From assembly GCF_009914755.1 (NCBI RefSeq), contig NC_060931.1: a stretch of DNA of 64,000 bases; one strand, 5' to 3'. The position numbers and the translations under genes are program-made. Under the pieces are notes generated by a model that made no database searches, had not been told where the DNA came from, and worked only from the letters and a program-made list of their open reading frames with translations. Every line of letters starts with the position of its first letter. Position 1 is the stretch's first letter. Below are positions 52,222-64,000 of this stretch, piece after piece. The stretch comes from the human T2T-CHM13v2.0 reference genome, Homo sapiens.

Positions 52222-52347
52222 CTGCTTTCTGTTCAAAGACAGGAGCCATAGCAAGAGGAATTGATTTCATGTCAAACGGTTTTTCTGAAGGCTCCAACGT
52301 GTACTGGTGTAAGGCTTTTTCCATCCCTGGTACAGAGACCGTCAAAC
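52222..52347 (-). CDS. COPG2: COPG2 exon 17
   Basis: cacag|GTTTG...GCAG|gttcac; [42 protein letters not shown]. Confidence 0.95.
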
Positions 52348-52930
52348 CTGTGAAACATAGAGAAATCTCAGCATTATAACCTCTTGCCAATCCTCGAATC
52401 CAAATAGGCCCAGGTTTGTAATATTTATCTAAGCTTTCTGAAGGAAGAGAAAAATATAACCAAAAGCTTTATAACCTAAATATAAAAATAAAGGATATTC
52501 TTGAAATTACCTTATAAACTTATAAACTGACTTATTTCATTCAAGGAAACATGGGAGCATAGCATACACATTTTCAACAAAATGTATGTACCTCCCAGAA
52601 AAGAAAGCAACTTAGCTATATGGGAACAATGATAGCATAAGAAAACGGGAAAAATGTAAACCCATCCAAGAGGGAGTTCAAGGAGAACCAGGAATAAGTG
52701 AGCAACGTTCCTAAAAAATGTAAGGGCCCAATCTATATTCTTATAGATTGCTGCATAGGAATTATCATTACCAAATTAGAAAATATCCTAATTTTCTCTA
52801 GAAATGGAAGTGCACTCAAAGACAAAAACCAAGCATTTGCCTAGTGAAGTTAGCTCATATGCAAATCATAAAATATGCTTCCAAGACACCATTTGAGGAA
52901 CAAAAGTGTACATCCTTGGCTTTCACTGAC

Positions 52931-53034
52931 CATTAAAGATATATGTGGCATTTAGTGCCATCTGCCTCTGCTGCAGCACATTCAGATAGAAGGTAGCTCT
53001 GTCTCGTACCTCGTCATCAGTATCCATCATACAC
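52931..53034 (-). CDS. COPG2: COPG2 exon 16
   Basis: gacag|GTGT...AATG|gtcagt; [34 protein letters not shown]. Confidence 0.95.
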
Positions 53035-54044
53035 CTGTCCAGGGGAAACAGAATAGTCATGTCACAGTACCCCAAAGACTTCCAATAGCTCTACTACCAA
53101 ATCTAAAGGACACAGCTCAGGTCGTCATCTGATACTACCTTTAAAAAAGTGCTCAACAATAGCCAACAGTGGCTCCTAAAGTCTTCACAAATCTTGGGTA
53201 CTGCTCTGAATTACTAAAGAAATACTGCTACTGTGAATCACAAGCACTACATAAGTAGGCATTAAAATAACGAGGAGCACAAGAACATGAAATAGCAGTC
53301 TGGAGTCTTTTCTTCCATCTGTAACTACATGACCCTGTTGAAGACTTAGACTTCTCTGTAATTAGGAAATGGGAGTATTATACTCTCCAAGGATACTGAA
53401 AAGATAAATTCAAAATCCAGCCACTGTTTTTGCTCAAATGACAATTTGTTTTACGTAAACTAGCCAACCTTTGGCTTGTAATTTATCTGCTTCAATTATA
53501 AGATGCAATCACAGTTTGCTAAAGCAAGTCTTTTCCTCATCAAATAGAGTCATGAAGACAATGAAAAACTATTATTTTTAACTCTGCATAGTGAATTACC
53601 TAACAGTTTTTTTAAGTAAGCCCCTGTTGTACAAATTGAGGCAAATGTATTTAAGTCACTTTCTCAAAATCATGTGAGAGAAAGCCAAAATCAAATGTGA
53701 CATGTACCTAGCAAATAAAACCCTATGGAGAACTAATATTTTAGGGAATGGGGCTGGGAAGAGAAGCTCTATAAATAAGAGTGAGGAGTGATGGAAACAT
53801 GTAGGCTATTGTGTAAACCAAGGCTAGGGGCTTTCATGAAGTGATCAGTCAATAGCACATCAAATTGATTGGGAGGTATACATAATTACTAAAAAGAGAA
53901 AGGAATTGCCATTTGCCCCTGACTTGCTCCAATAACTCTACTCTTAGGGCTTAGAGTGCATCCGCCCTATGGTAGAATGAGGATTTCACTGTTTAACCAT
54001 ATAGAATTCTTATTTTTTTTTAGAAAAGACATTATTTAACTTAC

Positions 54045-54120
54045 CTCTGTAAGAGTACAAGGATGCTTGGGAGAAGACTCTCATTCTGAGCCCCAAATTT
54101 AGCCAAAGCACTCACAGCAG
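54045..54120 (-). CDS. COPG2: COPG2 exon 15
   Basis: tatag|CTGCT...AGAG|gtaagt; [25 protein letters not shown]. Confidence 0.95.
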
Positions 54121-54479
54121 CTATAATGAAGCATACAATTATGGTACATAAATATTGGTTTCTCAGAGTTAACCAATAACCATTTGAAAAAAAATTAGAA
54201 AAGTGTCCCCATGTTCAGTGGAGATAAACTCCCTTGTTTTATTGAGTGTTTCTTGATCTTATTTCTTTGATACTGTTAAGCATAAATAGAATTCTGCAAG
54301 CCCAAGAGAGCTCTGAATAGGAAAATCTTCCAAAAATTGAGGAAAAAGATTCATATAGATTTTCTGTAGGAGCTATATCTCCACCCCACCACAACCCCTT
54401 ATATATCACACTGATGTCATTAAGCTCTAATCTCAAACAACCAGCCCCAAGCATAAAAAGAAATTCTATTATTAAAATT

Positions 54480-55800
54480 CCTCTCATTCAACAAAGATTC
54501 ATTGTTCACCAAACTTTTGTCAGGAATTGTGCTAGGTACTGGGACAGATAAAAGACATGTCCCTGATCTCAAGGAGCTACACTCTAGTGGGAAAGATAGG
54601 TATGTAGAGAGACAATTACAAGACATCATAGGTAAGTCCATGGAAGAAATATATCCAGGATGCTATGTGAATACACAGAAAGGAACTAAATCCGAATTGG
54701 TGGTGGAAAACTAAGACAAAGAGTTAATACATATTACTTGAGCTAAAATCTGAAGACCAAGTACTGTTAGCCAGAGGAAAAAGGCAGGATAAGAGTATTA
54801 GAGGCAGAGAAAATAACACGTTCGAATGGCCCCTGCCCAGAGAAGAAAGTGTGGTGTATTACTGGACAGTTGGGCAAGGCTGAGCAAAGGACCCATGTTG
54901 GAGAGCAAGAAGAGACAAGGGAGAGACTGGCAATAAAACAAAATTAGGGTATGGTTTAATCTCAACATTATTATTAAAGGATATTAAATATGAGATAAAT
55001 TTGTACATTTGAAAGTCCCCCCCGCCTTTTCTTTTTTTTTTAGCAGAGTGTAAAGAATAGGCAGGATATATGTGAGTCTAGAAGCAGTCAGATAGCTAGG
55101 GATCTGAAACGGATGACAGCCTCAATCAGCACCAAGAAAATAGAAGAGAATGAAGAAATATTAAGGAGACACAATTGAAAGCGCTTTGCTAAAGAACAGA
55201 TAGGGGCTGTAAGGCAGCAGAACAAGATTCTATCTTGATAACTGAGTGGATGATGAATGTGAGGTTAGTTTGAATTTCAGGTTGAGTTTGAAGTGCTTTA
55301 AGTTATTTGGACAAACAAGTTCAGGAAAGAGACATGACTGGAATGTCACAGCCTATTAGCAGAGCTCTGAAAATGATCACCAAGAGGAATGTAGATGTTG
55401 AGAAGTCAAAATCTTACAGAGAACTAATATTTTAAGGAATGGTGCTGGAAAGAGGAGCTCTATAAATAAGAGTGAGGAGTGATGGAAACATGTAGGCTAT
55501 TGTGGAAACCAAGGCTATGGGGTTTCACGAAGTGTTCAGTCAATAGCACATCAAGTGGACTGAGTGTAAACAAAGGTAAGAACATTAAAGTATCTAACTT
55601 GATTTTACAACTAGTTTATAAGTAATTTTCAATAAAATTACTTGAGGATTTTTAAGGGAGAGCTACATTATTCTGAGTTAAAGAGAAAAATGGATAATGA
55701 ATTCATGCAGGCAGCTAATAACGGCTACTTCAAGTTTATCTCCGAGGGGAAGGAAAGTATAGAGTCAGTAGCTAGTGAAAAGCTCATAGACAGTTTACAT
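54480..55800 (-). mobile_element. L2 fragment (3' region)
   Basis: 'cattcaacaaa...tgtgctaggtactggg...gtccctgatctcaaggagct..tctagtggg' is the L2 3' end reversed. Confidence 0.65.
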
Positions 55801-56170
55801 CTTTAATGGGAGAGATTTGGATCTATTCATATGCTAAGGGAAAGAAAGATTAGGGAGGAAAAGTCGCTTAAAAATATATATATAGAAACACATAAACAAA
55901 TTCTACAAACATTCATGCTTACGGCTATAACTGAAAAAACGGATGAGCCATCATAGTATTCCTATCTTACTGAAAGCGAAGGGTTATTTGTCTAATCTAA
56001 GGCAAAAATGAGGGTGGAAATTGAGTACAAAGAAAGATATCTGGGCCCTAAGCATGCTCTAAAATCCCACCATCCAATAAATCCTGCAACTTCATTTTCC
56101 AATTTCATTATCACTCTCTTAAGTATTTCAAAAGATCAGCATCGTCAATATCAGTGTCCCAATGACTCAC

Positions 56171-56414
56171 CAGCTCTGACAGCCTCATTCTCCAGGACAA
56201 CCCTATTAAAAATAAAACGGATATATTTGGAGGGGACAGGCGTTCTAGGGCCCTCTTTGCCCAACAAGTGTAGAATCTTAGTAGCCAGAACAGTGTGTTC
56301 ACAGTCCTCAATGAATTCACAAAGGTGGGCTAGGCCTGCTTCTTTACTCTCAGGGTTCTCTTCCACAATGCTGATTATACAGTCCACAATGGCCCGCTTG
56401 TACTCAAAGCCTCC
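56171..56414 (-). CDS. COPG2: COPG2 exon 14
   Basis: gccag|GGAGG...GCTG|gtgagt; [81 protein letters not shown]. Confidence 0.96.
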
Positions 56415-56726
56415 CTGGCAAAAAAGAAGATAAAACTGCCATTCATTCTAGGGACACATTTTGGAGAAATGCTTACACTCCAAGGTTTATGCTTATAATA
56501 TTCAAATTTCATTTCCCACCTTTTATGAAAGAAGCAAAAGTGTTTTTTCTCCAAGTGGGGAAAGCAAAGCAATGGCATGTTTAGTAATAAGACAGTAACC
56601 AGACTTAGTGTACTACTTGAGAGGCATACTGAGATGATAAGGAAATCTTAAAACACTATGGTATTTCATGGCAATCCTAAGAATTTAAGACAGCAACTTC
56701 CTATGATTAAAAAGTAGTCTACCTAC

Positions 56727-56822
56727 ATCATCTCGGAGCATGTTGGAGAGGAAAGTCATCATGACACTGTGCTTTCGAGGGTATTTCTGACAGAGAGCAC
56801 TAATTGCCTGTACAACCACCAC
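56727..56822 (-). CDS. COPG2: COPG2 exon 13
   Basis: tacag|GTGG...GAT|gtaggt; [32 protein letters not shown]. Confidence 0.95.
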
Positions 56823-57200
56823 CTGTAGAAAAACAAAAAGAATATTCATTTTTATGACTGTACAACTACCACCTATAAAAAGCAAACAGAGAAAAGACAT
56901 TCATCTTTATAATTATGGCTACTAAACATACTTTCCTACTTACTACAAGCTAAGAAGATCCTGTAGTTGCCTAAAATGACAATAATTGTTCTTCATGGAA
57001 GATAACCAAGGAGACCACAAAGGAAAATACAAAGCAATGTAAAAATAAAGTTCATTCAACAGATCCCTTCCCTCTGTCTCAGACAAATGATCACATCAAA
57101 GATTTTAAAGTGAACCATAAAGATAAAAAGCTTGAACAGACTGACTTCCATAGAAGAATAGAGAAAGCTATCAAGGAACTACTTCACAAAATGGTTTCTA

Positions 57201-58157
<957 letters not shown>

Positions 58158-59189
58158 ATCGGATAACCCCAAATCCATATATACAGTTTCAGAGCATAGA
58201 AAATGAAAGAAAATCTCCATAATGTTTGTATGAAGCAATGATACTTAAGCCTAATAAAGATGGTATATATGTACAGAAAGAAAAATTACAGACTAAAATC
58301 ATTTATAAATACCGATGTAAAAATTCTAAGAAATATATTAGTTAATAGATTCTAACACTACCTTAAAGAAATAATGCACCATGATGAAATGGGTTTTATC
58401 AAGAATGTAAAGATGGTTCAGCATTAGAAAATTGATAAAATAACATCACATTCATGAGTCAAAGGATTATATCCAAAATGCTGAAAAGGCTTTGATAAAA
58501 TCCAACATCCATTCCTAATAAACATTCTTGAAAAAAAAAGGAACAGATGGATATGTCCATAACATAAACATATATACTTCAATCCTAATGACAGCATATT
58601 ACTTAATATGGAACCCTGAAAGGCATTCCCATTGAGGTCAGAAGTGATGCAAGGATGCCACTATCTCCACAATTATTTAGCATTATTCTGGAGATATTAG
58701 CCAATGCAATTAGATAAGGGAAAACAAAGAAACAAGAATCGGAGAAGACAAAACAAACAAAAATATCTTTATTTTTAGATGACATGATGGTATATATGAA
58801 AACCCTAGAGAATGAATAATAAAACTAACTCGATAATTCACCAAGGTAGCAGGATATAAAATTAACATGCAAAACCAGTAATATTCATATACATAAATGA
58901 TAACCAGGTAGAAGATAAAATGGAATAAAAAACATTTATAATAGCAATGAAAAAGGTAAGTTATTTAGAAATAAGCATTTTAAAACCATTCAAAACTAAT
59001 ATAAAAATATTTTTTATAAAACATTCTTGAAAGGCATAAAAGCAGATTTGAACAAATTAAAAGACATCCTTGTTCTTAGGATGTTCCAACATCATCAGGA
59101 TATGTATTCTCCCCTAACTTATGAATTTAACGTGATCCCAACAGAAAATGTCAACAGGGTTTTTTATGAAGCTAGACAACTTGATACTA

Positions 59190-59536
<347 letters not shown>

Positions 59537-59848
59537 CATGCAAGAATAGCCAGGAAAACAATGAAAATAAAGAACTATGATGGAGGGCTAAGCATCCTAC
59601 AAAGCTTCTATATTTAGAACAGAGTATAGCAGTAGTATATGAATAAACAGACCAATATATAAGTAGAAAAGACACTCCAGAAACAGACTCAAGTACATAC
59701 GCAACTTTTTTGAGTTTGTATGAACATACAAACTCAAGTACATATGATAAAGATGATGTCTGAAATTACTGGGGCAAAGACGGTCTTAAAAATTTTCTTT
59801 CAGCTTTCCCGTCTACAGAAAAAATTAAAATAATTTTTTTTTAGATAA

Positions 59849-60242
59849 GGTAATGTGGTTTGGATCTGTGCCCCCAACCAAATCTCATGTTGAATTGTAA
59901 TCGCCAGTGTTGGAGGTGGGGCCTGGTGGGAGGTGACTGGATCATGGGGGCGGATTTCCCTGCTGGTGCTGTTCTTGTGATAGTAAGTTCTTGTGAGATC
60001 TGGTCATTTAAAAGTGTGTAACACTCCTCCACACCCCCCTTGGTCATGCTCCTGCCATGTAAGACGTCTGCTCCTGTTTTGCCTTCCACTGTGAGTAAAA
60101 GCTCCCTGAGGCTGCCCCAGAAGCAGATGCTGCCATGCTTCCTGTTCAGCCTGCAGAACTGTGAGCCAATTAAACCTCTTTTCTTTATAAATTACACAGT
60201 CTCAGGTGTTTCTTTATAGTAGTGTGACAACATACTAATACA
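59849..60242 (+). mobile_element. MaLR solo LTR (MSTA/MSTB)
   Basis: tggtttggatctgtg..aaatctcatgttgaattgtaat...ttctttatag...ctaataca. Confidence 0.88.
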
Positions 60243-60244
60243 GA

Positions 60245-60519
<275 letters not shown>

Positions 60520-62729
60520 TAAATAGAATTTTGGGGGGCAACTAACTGTGTAGTCAATGGAAAAGGATAAGATTGAATCTGTTTATAGCATATATAATAA
60601 AAAAATTCAATGGACCAGAGATCTAAATGTAAAATATGAAACTATAAATGTATTAGAAGAGAACATGAGTGAATTACTCTAAAATTTGAAGGGAATATAA
60701 TTTTTAATTATGAATTCAAAGTCAAATAAAATAAAAGGTTGGCAAATATGACTACCTAAAAAAAATAACACTTTTGCATGTCCAAAGACATCATAAGAAA
60801 AGTCAAAAGACAAATGACAAACCGGGAGAAGATATTCATAACATCTTTCACAGATAAAGAGCTAATATCCTGAATATACAAAAAAATTAAGGAAACAAAA
60901 GACTAAAAATCCTAAAGAAAATGCGGAAAATGCAGCCTACCCAACCCATTGCAGCTTCTGCCAACACCAACATAAGACTGCTTGTGTCCCTGTAGGTTGC
61001 TCCAACATCACTACTGCCCATCACCCACACCACCCCAGCTGCCAGGGGCCGGAGAACCCACTCACACACTGAGCTCACTGCTCTCAGTATCTCTTTCTAG
61101 CAAGCCACCTTGAGGCCCAAGGATAGCCCTCTAGTACCCACAAACACTGGAGCCAGTGTAAGCTGGGCCTAAAAATAGGCACATTTGGTGTACTGCTGCC
61201 ACTACTGGAGCCCAAAGACTGACTGACTATGTGTCCAGATCCCCAGCTAAACTTCACCACAACCTCAACTAATGCCTGTACCCTAAGTCACTGAGGAATC
61301 ATAGAGACCACTGACCCTGTGTACTGCTCAAGAGGTCATACGAAGATCCCACTACCACAGGCACTCAAAATCAAAGCCAAGGTATCTTAATAACAAATAC
61401 ACGTCTTTAGCAAAAAACTCACTCCTACAAATGCAATTTGAAAAAACTAGAACAGCAACTGCTACACCAGATGCACAAAACTGTCTGCTTGAATACATGG
61501 GTAAAGTTTGTTTTTTAAAAGTCTGGATGCATACTAAGTAGAGAGTAAATAGGGTTAGTTATATTACTTGACTGAGTATAAAAAAAGAATGAAGCAATAA
61601 AATGTTTCTACTTTTATTCTTTTAACTGAAATTTATTTATTTATTTTTTTAAAATCATCTCTGACATACTCTCACCAGTTCTATTCAACCCTGTTCTGGA
61701 AGTACTTTTTTAATTAGGCAAGAAAAACAAAGGAAAGGCATTTGGATTGGATATAAAGAAGTAAAACTGCCTCTATTCACAAATGGCACAATTATTTATA
61801 TAGATAATCTCAAGGAATACGTATAATGATGACTAGAACCAGTAAAAGTACTCAGCAAGGTTACAGGATACCAAGTTAATATGGAGAAGTATTTTTTAAA
61901 AGTTTTTCATTAATAGTAAACAATAAAATAAAAATTTTAATAAAATATCAAAAGCATAAAATATTTAGATATAAATTTAACAACAGATTTGCAAGACCTC
62001 TAGAGTAAACACTACAAAACACTGCTCAGAGAAATTAAAGAAGATCTAAAGGGAGAGATATACCATATTCATGAAATAGAAAAATAATGTTAAGATGTCA
62101 GTTCTCCCCAAATTGATTTATAGATTCAACACAATCCCAGTCATAATCCTAGCAGGCTTGTTTAGTAGAAATTGATAAATTGGTCCTAAATTTCATAGGA
62201 AATGCAAAGGAACCAGAATATTAAAAAAGAAAAAGTTGGAAGACCGCACTACTTAAGAGGTACCATAATGCTACATTAATCAATATTAGTGTGGTACTGG
62301 TACTGGATTGACAAACAGTTCAGTAACATAATACAAAGCCCAAAAATATACCTAAAATATATGGGTATTTGCTTTGTAGACAAAGGTGCCAAAGCACTCC
62401 AACAGGGAAAAGGAAGTCTTTCCAACAAATTATGGTGGAATACAGTAGATATAGGTATGGAAAAAATACTGAACTTACCAAACAAACAGTAATTCAAGTT
62501 GGATCATTGCCTAAAATGTAAAATCTAAAACCATAAAGCATTTAGCCTAAAGCATGAGAAAACAAGTAGATAAAGGTTTCTTAGGGAACAGTAATAACTA
62601 TGAAAGAAAAAAATTGATAAATTAGACTTCATAAAAATTTAAAACTTCTGCTTCTCAAATGATACCGTTAAGAAAATAAATAGGCAGCCAACAGACTGGG
62701 AGAAAATATGATCATGTTTAAACTCTTAC

Positions 62730-62918
62730 CTTGAACTCATCTGAGATTTCAGACACAAAAGAAGATATCTGCTTCATGAGCCGGTCCACACTGCTCTCAC
62801 TTCCTGTTTTGAGGAGTGTAGTAATGGCTAAGGTAGCAATGCTTCTGTTTGAGTCTGTGATTAAGTTTTCTAAGTCCAGATTGCAGGCAGTAACAGCAGA
62901 GGGGTGCTTCATTGCCAC
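62730..62918 (-). CDS. COPG2: COPG2 exon 12
   Basis: acaag|GTGGCA...AAG|gtaaga; [63 protein letters not shown]. Confidence 0.95.
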
Positions 62919-63429
62919 CTTGTGGAAGGGCAAGAAAAAAAATTAAGCAAATTGCTTTTGATAAAGGCCAGAACTTAAATTTTAATTGAGGTAAGTGGCA
63001 ATCCAAAGAGGACAGGATAAGTTAAAAGTAATTGCTTCAAAAACAAAAAGAATGGCTCCAGTTAACAAGGTATATCTTTTAATAAATGATCAACGGCCAG
63101 AGTATAGCATCGTACTCTCTTTTGTTAGGTTCCTCTAACCTTTCTAACATTACCATTTTTAAAAAATTATAATTGGCCTGTATTTCCTTATAGTACGTGT
63201 GTTCATATACGTCTATTCTATTAGATGTTAGGAGTACTGACAACAGGATCTAGCATAGTAGTCAGTGCTCGACAAAGACTGTTAATATCTTATCAGTTAA
63301 AAAATACTGCTGCATTTCAAGACGCAAACTCCAGCCAAACTGCATTATCTATGGTTACTACATGGTCTGCCATTCTCCTGCATCCTTGTTTTTGTTGATG
63401 TTGTCCCACCTCTTTGTCTATCCCAATAT

Positions 63430-63751
63430 TGGTATGGAATCCCTTACCCACAATTTGGAAAATCTGAAAACACTCTGGAAAGCAGAGCACTGGGATGAAA
63501 ATCCATTTAACAGCAAAACATGACCCAAACTAATGCGAAACTCTTTAATTCTTAATTTATACCACTTGACAAGGATAGTCATATGTTTTGTGCAAAAATA
63601 TTAATGTTTTTTAATGGTGGGATGCTGCCCCAGGCCCACTGGGGTTAGTAAATAAGAGATAACACCATATAACCTTTCTAAAATTTAACTAAAAGCAAAT
63701 TCTGAGACACATCTGGCCCCAAGATTAGAGATGAGGGATTGTAGACCTGTA
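63430..63751. mobile_element. MER46C/Tigger-like DNA transposon
   Basis: Ends 'atcccttacccacaatt' / 'atctggccccaag..gatgagggattgtagacctgta'. Confidence 0.5.
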
Positions 63752-63773
63752 TCAACTCTTTAAAAACAATTTA

Positions 63774-64000
63774 GGCCAGGCTTGGTGGCTCATACCTGCA
63801 ATCCCAGCACTCTGGGAGGCCGAGGTGGGCAGATCACCTGAGGTCACGAGTTTGAGAGCAGCCTGGCCAACATGGCGAAACCCTGTCTCTACTAAAAATA
63901 CAAAAATTAGCCGGACGTGGTGGCAGGTGCCTGTGATCCCTGCTATTTGGGAGGCTGAGGCATGAGAATCGCTTGAACCTGGGAGGCGGAGGTTGCAGTG
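63774..64000 (+). mobile_element. AluS (cut by window end)
   Basis: Alu consensus. Confidence 0.92.

Overview
Human (or very close primate) genomic DNA from the imprinted MEST/COPG2 locus (7q32 in human). The + strand carries the last seven coding exons and 3' UTR of MEST (145-~8010). The - strand carries COPG2 exons 12-24 (62918 to ~7955). The two 3' ends overlap tail-to-tail around two back-to-back poly(A) signals. The unusual part is the 39 kb COPG2 intron 20 (10378-49370), which is strongly purine (G/A)-rich on the + strand and built in layers. First, an ancient degenerate array of LINE-2-like RT/endonuclease-derived units (~11.9-22.1 kb). Second, a five-copy ~4.2-4.5 kb macrosatellite (~24.5-44.7 kb) whose units alternate homogenised and diverged blocks. 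Each unit opens with a ~255-nt long-stem hairpin that shows G-U wobble and compensatory changes between copies, followed by further hairpins and, in units 1-4, a G-quadruplex-type tract. A + strand 3'-end signal near 48.6 kb fits the known antisense transcript COPG2IT1/CIT1. The working hypothesis is a repeat-organised, structured, MEST-direction lncRNA system inside COPG2 intron 20. All pairings and alignments were done by eye, and repeat-family names come from memory of consensus sequences.
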